DNA from: Macrostomum lignano
Taxonomy: Eukaryota
DNA length: 64,000 nt
Direction of reading: 5' to 3'
Assembly (NCBI GenBank): GCA_002269645.1
Contig: NIVC01000312.1
Span: 248,001-312,000 of the forward strand
Made by a program: the position numbers and the translations under genes. Positions 41,160-51,500 of this stretch are shown piece by piece. Position 1 is the stretch's first letter. Every line of letters starts with the position of its first letter. Below the pieces are notes generated by a model that worked only from the letters and a program-made list of their open reading frames with translations, searched no databases and was not told where the DNA came from.

Positions 41160-41390
41160 AGCAGGGGCGTCGCCATGGATTTTATGGTGGGGGGGACAAA
41201 GCCAAGAATTCAAAGTGTACATGTACATGACAAAATTTTGGCACTCATTTTGGCGCCGCAGGCACTCATTTCAGTGCCACAGGCACTCATTTTAGCGCCG
41301 CAGGCACTCATTTTAGCGCCGAAGGCACTCATTTTGGCGCCGCAGCAACTCATTTTGGCGCTGAAGGCGGTACATTTTGGCGCCCTGAAG
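41160..41390. repeat. MITE-like end (CAGGGGCGTCGCCATGG) followed by a 21-bp repeat
   Basis: Unit GGCACTCATTTTGGCGCCGCA, about 6 copies. Confidence 0.7.
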
Positions 41391-42435
41391 AAAAATTATT
41401 GATTACCACAACGACTCACAAGGTGGAGTGGGCATTGAAATTATATAGTTTTGGTAGGTATTGTAAGTAGACATTCAAGTAGGTATTCATGGTCTTCAAT
41501 TTTCAGTACACTACTGATGTTTGCGAGTAGTATGAATTGCGTTTTTAGCGAAAAATTTTCCAAAATTCACGAAAATCTGCTGGTAACAAATGTCTACCAT
41601 TTTCGAATAACTGAAAGTCGTTTATTTTCTATCAGATCATTCTAGACCAGACTCTTACAGAAAGCATTATTATATTCCCTATATAGGCCACTTTGTATTG
41701 CGGCAATAGGGAAAGCGCGATTGCTTTTTTTGTCACTTGTGCGAAAAAACCCGACATGGGTTGCTTCAATTTTGATTTCAGAAGCTTAGGGACAAAGACG
41801 CTATTTTTTGAGCTTTCGATATATCTTCTTATGAATTAAATAAAAAGCTACTCAATTAAACTAAGACTGATGAATGCACTGAAGAGACTACTGACGAAAT
41901 TGAGTTCAGTAGTTGATTTCCCCGTTGTCGTGAGTTGCAAATTTTTCAAGTTGGCTTCTAATGGCCAAAAATGGACAATGAGTGACCCATCGTGTGTATA
42001 TGCTCTTTGTCTCATGGTTACACCAGAGAATGTTGAATATACTTAATATTCTCTGGATTAAATATGCCGTTTAATTCATCATAGTCTATGGTTAAAATGT
42101 CCGAGGCGCTGCATTAATAGTTTAGGGGTGAGCACTAAAGAACTATAGAATCTGAACTAGCAATATTCATTACAGAACTGACAGTTCTGTGATCTTCACC
42201 CAAGGATGAAAAAATCATCCATCTATTCTTTCATCCATGTCTTCACCACGTTGAGAAGTCAACAAAAGAGACGAATGAAAGTTTTTTCGAATAAACAATC
42301 CAAATAACAACAACAAAATACATTGTCAGTCAGTCAGCAGACGTCACAGACGTACAAGCGCTTCCAGCTCTGTAATATTTTATTTGGTAATCTTCTATGC
42401 CTGCCTTTCTGTTTTTTAAAAATGTCTGGTTTGAT

Positions 42436-43298
42436 TCATTCGATAGTAAAATTCAGAAATGGATCCAAGCATTCGCAGCCTCCGTGATATGAAAATGATT
42501 CCGAATGGTCATACAGAGCCATGTCGCGGATTCTGGCACGGTTCGTAGCATCCTTGCCATCGCTTGGCTCCCTAGGCCCCAGAGTCGGCCGCTGCTGGTG
42601 TCCAGAATCGGCAGCGGCCAGCCGCAGTCCGCCCACGCCCAGCTGCCGTTGGCCAGAATTGAAGCACCAACCAAGATCTGATGGCTGCTGTCAGTCAGAC
42701 CAGTTGACGTCCTCACATCCTGGAGCTCCTCAACGCTGCTCAGGTCGGCGAGCTTCGTCAGCGGCATGGCGGACCCGTCCGAGGTGGTCAGGAAGCTCCG
42801 GCAGCTGTCGGCCTGAGCGCTCCATCCGGTCACCTGCCCGTTCCCAGCAGCCTTGTACAGCGAGCCCTTGAAGCGGCTGTCGCTGACGCCGGGCACCCAG
42901 CGATAGTCGGCGGGACAGAGCCGGCCCGGCTCGAGACCCTCCGACCGCTTGACGAAGACTCGAAGCCTCCTGCTGCTGCAGCCGCTGCTCGCCATCGAGC
43001 TGGGATCGAGCAGCAGTCGCGAGCTGCAGGCGTCGAAGGCGAACAGCAGGCAGAGCTGCCGGTCCGAGGAGGCCACCGCAGCCTCCATGGCGAAGGCTCT
43101 GCATCTCGGAGCCGCTCCACAGCGAAGCGCACAGGCCGCGATGTCAAGGTCGAGCAGCTGGTAGTGAGCTGGGGACACGCAGTTAGAGGTGAGGATCGGG
43201 TGGAAGGCGACTCGCTGCCTGCAGCAGGCGGCAGGGCGGCTCAGCAGCAGCAGCGGCAGCAGTAGTACGAGTATATGAAATGTACGCAAAGAGTGCAT
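42436..43298 (-). pseudogene. PAN/apple + C-type lectin-like secreted protein, copy 1, with a 1-bp deletion near 42570 (pseudogene or sequence error)
   Basis: Near-identical to 44687-45559 over the PAN and first CTL half. CTCTGGGGCCTAGGGAGC vs CTCTGGGACCCTAGCGAGC in copy 2. The homologous C-terminus continues in another frame to 42436. Confidence 0.75.
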
Positions 43299-44686
43299 TT
43301 CTCTTGCTTTGGATTCAAAACATGTTTAATTGCATGTGTGTCGAAAATTGAAGACGGATTATCTTCTTTTTTATGGTTTAAAAAGTGAGTGCTGCGTGAG
43401 TTGTTGATTGACAGCGACAGCTTTCTAAAATTTCCGCCTTTCTCTGCGCCAGTGGGTGTAGTTTTATCGCTCGGAATGGTTAAAGGCTCTGGAATGGAGA
43501 CCGAAATTCTTGTCACGTAGGTGACAGATCCCCACTATTCTGGAATGATTGAAATTCGTTTTTTACTTTCGGATCATTCCAGACGAACCTGCTGCCGGAA
43601 GCATCATTGTCTACAAGCGTATGGGTGCTTTTAGTAGCGTCTGAAGGTCTGATTGACGTTTAAATGATCTTTTCCTTCGCTAATGGCATCGTTTACTGGG
43701 AATGCAGTCAGCTTGAAGTCGTGGGAATGCATTTTCCAACTTTTTACAAGGCTGCCTTTGTCTAATGTCACTCAGTCTGTCTGCAGTTATTCGTGTTCTG
43801 TTGAGATTTGGGGATGAAAAAGCGACCGTAAAACCTATTCTTGCCACAGCTAGCATCATAGTCATCTTAAACTATGTTTTAAGATATCCCCTGTCCCTAA
43901 TATCTGGGTCTGAGGTTAAAAACAGTATAAACATAAAACGTCAAGTTAGAAATATGAACTAATTAAAAATAGTTGCAACTGGGCAGTTTTGATGCCACCT
44001 TAAGACCGAGGAAATCTTTCCAATCTGCTAATAGCCATCCCAAAATCAAACCTCGTTCGTGCAGAAAAACCTACTGACATCAACTCATCGTTAAAAGTTA
44101 CCAGTTTTAAGATATGAGCTGGGCCTGAAGGTGCTCTGTCACGATGCAAAACTCATGAGCAAAATGTTTGGGATTTCCGAGTTGAACTACTCATAGGGCC
44201 TATTCTACGAGTATTAAGATGAGAAGTGACTTCTGAATTTATGAGTCCTTACTGGTGGAATAGAAAACTTTCTGATTTTTGGAACTATCATGATAAAAAA
44301 TTAAAAAGTATATGATGCTCTCTGGACTGATTGAAAATCATTGAATTCTTTCCGACTACAATAAATTTTAAAATGCAATTGTTTGAACTGGCTAAAGGAA
44401 ACAAAACACAAAGCACGCGAATTTGCAATGCAGAATCGAAGAGTATAGCTTCCGTTTTATTTAAAGTTTGTCAGCTCGTGCGAACCACTGAGTGAAATCT
44501 AAGTTTCAAGTAGTCAAAAAATTAACCAATACATCGGTAAATGGTTGCGTCACTCATGTTCAGGATGTAGTTCAAATTCTAGAGTTTTCGAGTTCAATTT
44601 GTCTATAAAACATACAGTTCAGCGTGGTATCTTCTTGCACGATTTATCCTATCCGTTTCCTTGAGGTCTCGGGATTTTGGTTTAAT

Positions 44687-45559
44687 TCAGCCAATCGTAA
44701 AATTTAGAAACGGATCCAGGCATTCGCAGGCTGCATGATAGAGAGTTGAACCCCGATTGTCATACAGAGCCATGTCGCGGATTCTGGCGCGCAATCCAGC
44801 ATCATTGCCACTGTTCGGCTCGCTAGGGTCCCAGAGTCCGCTGCTGCCGGTGTCCAGAATCGGCAGCGGCCAGCCGCAGTCCGCCCACGCCCAGCTGCCG
44901 TTGGCCAGAATCGAGGCGCCAACCCAGATTTGCTGACTGTCAGTCAAGCCAGTTGACGCCCTCACATCCTGGAGCTCCTCAACGCTGCTCAGGTCGGCGA
45001 GCTTCGTCAGCGGCATGGCGGACCCGTCCGAGGTGCTCAGGAAGCTCCGGCAGCTGTCGGCCTGAGCGCTCCATCCGGTCACCTGCCCGTTCCCAGCTGC
45101 CTTGTACAGCGAGCCCTTGAAGCGGCTGCCGCTGACGCCGGGCACCCAGCGATAGTCGGCGGGACAGAGCCGGCCCGGCTCGAGACCCTCCGACCGCTTG
45201 ACGAAGACTCGAAGCCTCCTGCTGCTGCAGCCGCTGCTCGCCATCGAGCTGGGATCGAGCAGCAGTCGCGAGCTGCAGGCGTCGAAGGCGAACAGCAGGC
45301 AGAGCTGCCGGTCCGAGGAGGCCACCGCAGCCTCCATGGCGAAGGCTCTGCATCTCGGAGCCGCTCCACAGCGAAGCGCACAGGCCGCGATGTCAAGGTC
45401 GAGCAGCTGGTAGTGAGCTGGGGACACGCAGTTAGAGGTGAGGATCGGGTGGAAGGCGACTCGCTGCCTGCAGCAGGCGGCGGGGCGGCTCAGCAGCAGC
45501 AGCGGCAGCAGCAAAGAAACAAACTGGGAACTATGGTGTCTCATGAGAGGTGCATGCAA
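44687..45559 (-). CDS. Secreted PAN/apple + C-type lectin-like protein, copy 2 (intact, 290 aa, intronless)
   Basis: Signal peptide LLLPLLLLSRPAAC; PAN CALRC..CRAF..CLL; CTL W..QADSC..LADLSSVEE..IWVG..WAW..WDPSEPN..C. Confidence 0.85.
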   Translation of the reverse strand: MHAPLMRHHSSQFVSLLLPLLLLSRPAACCRQRVAFHPILTSNCVSPAHYQLLDLDIAACALRCGAAPRCRAFAMEAAVASSDRQLCLLFAFDACSSRLLLDPSSMASSGCSSRRLRVFVKRSEGLEPGRLCPADYRWVPGVSGSRFKGSLYKAAGNGQVTGWSAQADSCRSFLSTSDGSAMPLTKLADLSSVEELQDVRASTGLTDSQQIWVGASILANGSWAWADCGWPLPILDTGSSGLWDPSEPNSGNDAGLRARIRDMALYDNRGSTLYHAACECLDPFLNFTIG

Positions 45560-46119
45560 ATCCCGGGGCTAAAGCGATAGCGATGCATTGTAGGAAAAAT
45601 ACAACTCTTTATGTTGTAGTGACACGAGTTGAGCCTTTTTAGGTAGCTCTTCAGGAGAATTTCGATGGTTCTCGAGGTGTTTGCACAGCATTATTTTTCC
45701 TGTAATTGCTGCGAAACTATTTTTAGAGCTTAGTGAGTCTTTTGAGAGACTTACCATCTGTTAGAGCGTCGTCACAAATTCGCTTTTGAATGCCTATACA
45801 TGTTTAATAAGTTGCTATTAAGCATTTGTGATTAAAAATTAACATACATGAACATGTAGCTACCTAGCTGTAGTTTGACTGACACATGAACTGCGAGTAG
45901 CAAATTTGAAAATCCAATTTGTTCCAACCTAATAGAACTGTACAGGTGAGTGCTTTCTCAATGCAATGGATTTTTTCGCATTTTCTTCACAGCTACACAA
46001 AACTTGGAGTGGGGTTCTAGAGAATTAAAGAAAGCCCTGAATCAGATCAGACTTGCCCAAACAACAGATTCTATGCGCGCAATAGATGGGCCTCTCCCCT
46101 TTTTGTATAAAGCCACTTT

Positions 46120-47085
46120 GCCGCTGTCTATGGTTGGACTTGGACTGCCTGCAGCCTTCGCCACTGTCTATGGTTGGACTCGGTCTGCCTGCAGTCTTTG
46201 CTTCTGTCTATGGTTGGACTCGGTCTGCCTGCAGTCTTCGCTTCTGTCTATGGTTGGACTCGATCTGCCTGCAGTCTTCGCCACTGTCTATGGTTGGACT
46301 CGGTCTGCCTGCAGTCTTCGCTTCTGTCTATGGTTGGACTCGATCTGCCTGCAGTCTTCGCCACTGTCTATGGTTGGACTCGGTCTGCCTGCAGTCTTCG
46401 CCACTGTCTATGGTTGGACTCGGTCTGCCTGCAGTCTTCGCCACTGTCTATGGTTGGACTCGGTCTGCCTGCAGTCTTCGCCACTGTCTATGGTTGGACT
46501 CGGTCTGCCTGCAGTCTTCGCTTCTGTCTATGGTTGGACTCGATCTGCCTGCAGTCTTCGCCACTGTCTATGGTTGGACTCGGTCTGCCTGCAGTCTTCG
46601 CCACTGTCTATGGTTGGACTCGGTCTGCCTGCAGTCTTCGCCACTGTCTATGGTTGGACTCGGTCTGCCTGCAGTCTTCGCTTCTGTCTATGGTTGGACT
46701 CGGTCTGCCTGCAGTCTTCGCCACTGTCTATGGTTGGACTCGGTCTGCCTGCAGTCTTTGCTTCTGTCTATGGTTGGACTCGGTCTGCCTGCAGTCTTTG
46801 CTTCTGTCTATGGTTGGACTCGGTCTGCCTGCAGTCTTTGCTTCTGTCTATGGTTGGACTCGGTCTGCCTGCAGTCTTCGCCACTGTCTATGGTTGGACT
46901 CGGTCTGCCTGCAGTCTTTGCTTCTGTCTATGGTTGGACTCGGTCTGCCTGCAGTCTTTGCTTCTGTCTATGGTTGGACTCGGTCTGCCTGCAGTCTTTG
47001 CTTCTGTCTATGGTTGGACTCGGTCTGCCTGCAGTCTTTGCTTCTGTCTATGGTTGGACTCGGTCTGCCTGCAGTCTTCGCCAGT
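46120..47085. repeat. 40-bp minisatellite (~24 units), each containing GTCTATGG
   Basis: Unit CTGTCTATGGTTGGACTCGGTCTGCCTGCAGTCTTCGCCA with variants. Confidence 0.95.
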
Positions 47086-47112
47086 GTCTACGGGTGCGAA
47101 TGGCATTACAAC

Positions 47113-47408
47113 CATGGATGAATAATATAACTGGATCGCCAGAAGCTCGATTTTTTTGGTCCTAGCCATAGACAAGCACCAGCATCACAGAAAGCTCAGA
47201 ATGCCGTACTTTCACACATAGACAAATAGCCGCTGCAGAAGCTGCAAACCTTTATTTATAAGTATTCTATTTTATGTCCACTCACATGCTCGCAATATAT
47301 GCAGGGTGAAAGTACGGCATTCTGAGCTTCTTGTGATACTGGTGCTTGTCTATGGCTAGGACCAAAAAAATCGAGCTTCTGGCGATCCAGTTATATTATT
47401 CATCCATG
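47113..47408. mobile_element. 296-bp MITE with 103-bp TIRs and 8-bp TSD
   Basis: Arms 47113-47215 and 47306-47408 (CATGGATG...CATCCATG) with a few mismatches. TSD ATTACAAC at 47105-47112 and 47409-47416. Confidence 0.92.
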
Positions 47409-48046
47409 ATTACAACCTCCCCAAGGCCAATATTCGTGCACACAAGTCGCAAATAAATGTGACTAGAATCCAACCATTGGTCGTGGTGAGTGATTAGACT
47501 GCTAAGCTGCTTTTGCTAAAAATTTAAGGGCTGCGGTTACCAAGGTTCCTTTGATTGTTTTCTACGATATTAATTGAGTTCTATGTGTAGAGTAACTATC
47601 GTGATGTTCTAGAAAGTTACATATAGAATTTCTACTCGTAAAAAAATTTCTTTTTTAGAATCTTCATAGACGAAAAATCCTAATTACGAGCGTATATTGC
47701 AATGGAAGTCAATAAAATTGAAATAACTTTGCTTTTGGTTTTGTTTTAGTGTAAGACTTACTTTAGGAATTATTAGAAAACGTTGTCTTACCAACCGTAC
47801 ACGGTAACCCAAAGTTATTATTCATGATTAGTTTTACCCTTTGTTCAGACACTCAAATTAACACATGCCCTCCTTTCTCATTGAATCCAAAAGCAGCATT
47901 TCAGATTACTGATTTCATTTCGATTTGTCTATTGATTTATCAATATATTATTAAATAATAATGTAATGTCAATCAATTTGCGTTAATTTAAAAAAATTCC
48001 TGAAATTGCAGTCTTAAATGTTTATCGTTGTGTAGCTAAGCTAAAC

Positions 48047-48445
48047 AAAGGGGTGTCAACTTAAGCGCTAGAATGGAGCGCAAAGCAAGGCTCCAGACCA
48101 AACCGACTGGAATCGATAACCATGACGGTGGCAGCTGTTTAAATGATTCAAAACCTGGATGCGCCCGTTTGTACTTTGCCATCGAGTTCTTGATAACAAC
48201 GTCTAATCGGCTGGGCTCGCTGAAGCCGGCTAACTGCAGCCGCTGATACAGTTGGTGCCTCTCGTTAACACATTTGTCCTGCTTAATGGCAGCAAAGCCG
48301 AACTCAACCACATAGCGGAACATAGTGGCACAGCGGATGTCTCGGCGATTCTAGTCACCTGGTCCGACCAGTTATCGATACAGGTCGGTTTGGTCAGGAG
48401 CCCCGCCTTGGGCTCCACTCCAGCGCTTAAGTTGACACCCCCTTT
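48047..48445. repeat. Imperfect ~74-bp inverted repeat, possible old MITE or inverted retroelement junction
   Basis: 48047-48120 vs reverse complement of 48371-48445 (AAAGGGGTGTCAACTTAAGCGCT...GACCAAACCGAC...ATCGATAAC). No TSD found. Confidence 0.75.
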
Positions 48446-48507
48446 CGGCTTGTAATTTCCCTTCACATGCCGCAGTTACTAAAAAGTCGTGATGACGCCA
48501 CCAACTG

Positions 48508-51500
48508 TCATGAAATTCTCCTCCCCATCAGCAGTGGAGTTCGCTCCGTGTCCCTCTTCGTCCACACCTTCACCAGCACCCAGTCTCCCTCGCCTGGGCT
48601 AGCAACTTTCCTAGCAACCGACGAGAGGTTGTTCATCTCGCAGTTCACGTTGCAACCGCTGCTTGAAGCTTTCGGTTCTGAATTCAACATTGTCGCCTGA
48701 CTGTTGCTTTCACTGATATCCTGATCTCGGAGATTGCCGGCTTCGAGTAGAAGTTTTTCTAGCACGTTCTCTTGCGTGATGATGCCTCGAACTCCGTTCG
48801 GTGATGTCGGGTCGCTGTCAAGGACAACGGCCATTTGACCTGGCGAAATGGGAAAATTGGTGGCCTGCTTTTCATGACGAGTGAATGTTCTTAATTTTGC
48901 TTCACTCAGGGACAACTACAAAAGTTTTACTTCTAGTTGTCCCTGGCTTCACTATGTCTGAAGAATAGCTGATTGGGTCAAAGGTGATTGGGTTGAAATA
49001 GTAATTTTCAAGTATGCAAGAGGAGCTCAGTAAGCTGACATAGGAATTATCTGATAAGGGAACGCTCTGGTTCACTCTGGTTCACTCCGGTTCACTCTGG
49101 TTCACTCTGGTTCACTCTGGTTCACTCTGGTTCACTCTGGTTCACTCTGGTTCACTCTGGTTCACTCTGGTTCACTCTGGTTCACTCTGGTTCACTCTGG
49201 TTCACTCTGGTTCACTCTGGTTCACTCTGGTTCACTCTGGTTCACTCTGGTTCACTCTGGTTCACTCTGGTTCACTCTGGTTCACTCTGGTTCACTCTGG
49301 TTCACTCTGGTTCACTCTGGTTCACTCTGGTTCACTCTGGTTCACTCTGGTTCACTCTGGTTCACTCTGGTTCACTCTGGTTCACTCTGGTTCACTCTGG
49401 TTCACTCTGGTTCACTCTGGTTCACTCTGGTTCACTCTGGTTCACTCTGGTTCACTCTGGTTCACTCTGGTTCACTCTGGTTCACTCTGGTTCACTCTGG
49501 TTCACTCTGGTTCACTCTGGTTCACTCTGGTTCACTCTGGTTCACTCTGGTTCACTCTGGTTCACTCTGATTCACTCTGATTCACTGTGATTCACTCTGC
49601 TTCAATCCGGTTAACCAATAAATCAATAAATGCACTCAACTCTTTCCCTGTCGAAAAATTCTCAACAAATCGTATAGCTGAGCGCTGCTCTTCACGAACG
49701 GCATCTCCCGGAAGCACTTCCTGTTGGTCATGAGCTCCTGCACCGATGGGCTGGCGGGCGACTCAAACAGCAGCAGCATCTTCACCAGCAGGTGACCGCG
49801 AATGTCGCCGCGATTTTCGCCGTGATAAACTGGCACTCTAGAGTGAGCACTCTGCATGATCCGCTGTCGAGTGCTTGAGTCCAAGGTGAGCTGATCAGAC
49901 AGCATGAACACCTTCTCGATGGGGGTGCAGGCGTCTCCAGCTGTGACGCTGGTAAGTTCCAGAGCGCCCCGGATGATGGTTACCTTGGGGAGTTGGAGAA
50001 TTGGATGTTTAAAGCCATGCAGAATAAGAAGTCTCAGAAGTCGGACACTAAGACACTATCCATTTGAGCTCATATGCTAAAAACTCGTTTTCAAAGTCAT
50101 TGACGGACGCCAATTTTTGTGTCAAAATTAGTCGTGGCTTTCTTTCGAGATGACTTGTCTAGTGTTAGGGGGGAAGGAGGTCTAAGTTATAGCTTCTACA
50201 TCTAATCATTTGGATGTAGACTAGTAGGTGGGTATGCCTATGACGTTGCTACATAGCTACATGTAATCTAACTAAGCAGGTTACAAAGGGAGCAGGTTAC
50301 AAGTCAATCCCTGAATTACAAAATGCTTTGTGCACACGTGCCGGTCAACCAACAGATCGCGTGCTGCCAAATACAAACACGACGCATTGCTCACCTCGTC
50401 TTTTGTCAAAACCGACCGTCTGTGCTGCTCACTCGGTTTTTCACCGCTGCCCGCCGCGGTCAGCTCGCTAGAAACCACCATCGAGCTGGTTCGAGACAGA
50501 CGCGAGGGGCCATGGAAACTGACCAGAGATTTAAGCTCTTCGCGTTTGAACACGGTTTCGTGGTCGGTGCCCAGAATGCAGTCGAGCAGTTTGGCTATGG
50601 GAAACGCAACTGGGGACATCACGGCCATGCAGACGTACACTATGCTGAAGGGTGAGGCGGTTTTTGAGCAGGTTTTCTTTAGTGCATTGACTTAATATAC
50701 AGGAAATCTGAAAATGGTGAATCAATACATGACACGCATCGGTCACTTTATTTGTTACATTCCATATCACATTTCTTTCAGTTCTTAGTTCTTCCTGGCA
50801 CACTCCTCTCCTCTGTAACACTTTTTTTCCTTGTAACACTCTTCTCCCCGTCACACTCCTCTCCCTGTAACAATCTTCTCCCTGTCACACTCCTCTCACT
50901 GTAACAATCTTCTCCCTGTCACACTCCTCTCACTGTAACAATCTTCTCCCTGTCACACTCCTCTCACTGTAACAATCTTCTCCCTGTCACACTCCTCTCA
51001 CTGTAACAATCTTCTCCCTGTCACACTCCTCTCACTGTAACAATCTTCTCCCTGTCACACTCCTCTCACTGTAACAATCTTCTCCCTGTCACACTCCTCT
51101 CACTGTAACAATCTTCTCCCTGTCACACTCCTCTCACTGTAACAAATCTCCCTGTCACACTCCTCTCACTGTAACAATCTTCTCCCTGTCACACTCCTCT
51201 CACTGTAACAATCTTCTCCCTGTCACACTCCTCTCCCTGTAACACTCCTCTCCCTGTAACACTCCTCTCCCTGTAAGACTCTTCTCCCTGTAAGACTCTT
51301 CTCCCTGTCACACTCCTCTCCCTGTCACACTCCTCTCCCTGTAACACTCCTCTCCCTGTAAGACTCTTCTCCCTGTCACACTCCTCTCCCTGTCACACTC
51401 CTCTCCCTGTAACACTCCTCTCCCTGTAACACTCCTCTCCCTGTAAGACTCTTCTCCCTGTAACACTCCTCTCCCTGTAACACTCCTCTCCCTGTAAGAC

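Noticed and set aside
45950-47165. 315-391-aa Cys/Leu-rich ORFs
   Set aside because: Product of the stop-free 40-bp array read in three frames.
48036-48466. Penelope-like RT C-terminal fragment
   Set aside because: The resemblance is weak and much of both ORFs is the inverted-repeat arm; not supportable without a profile search.
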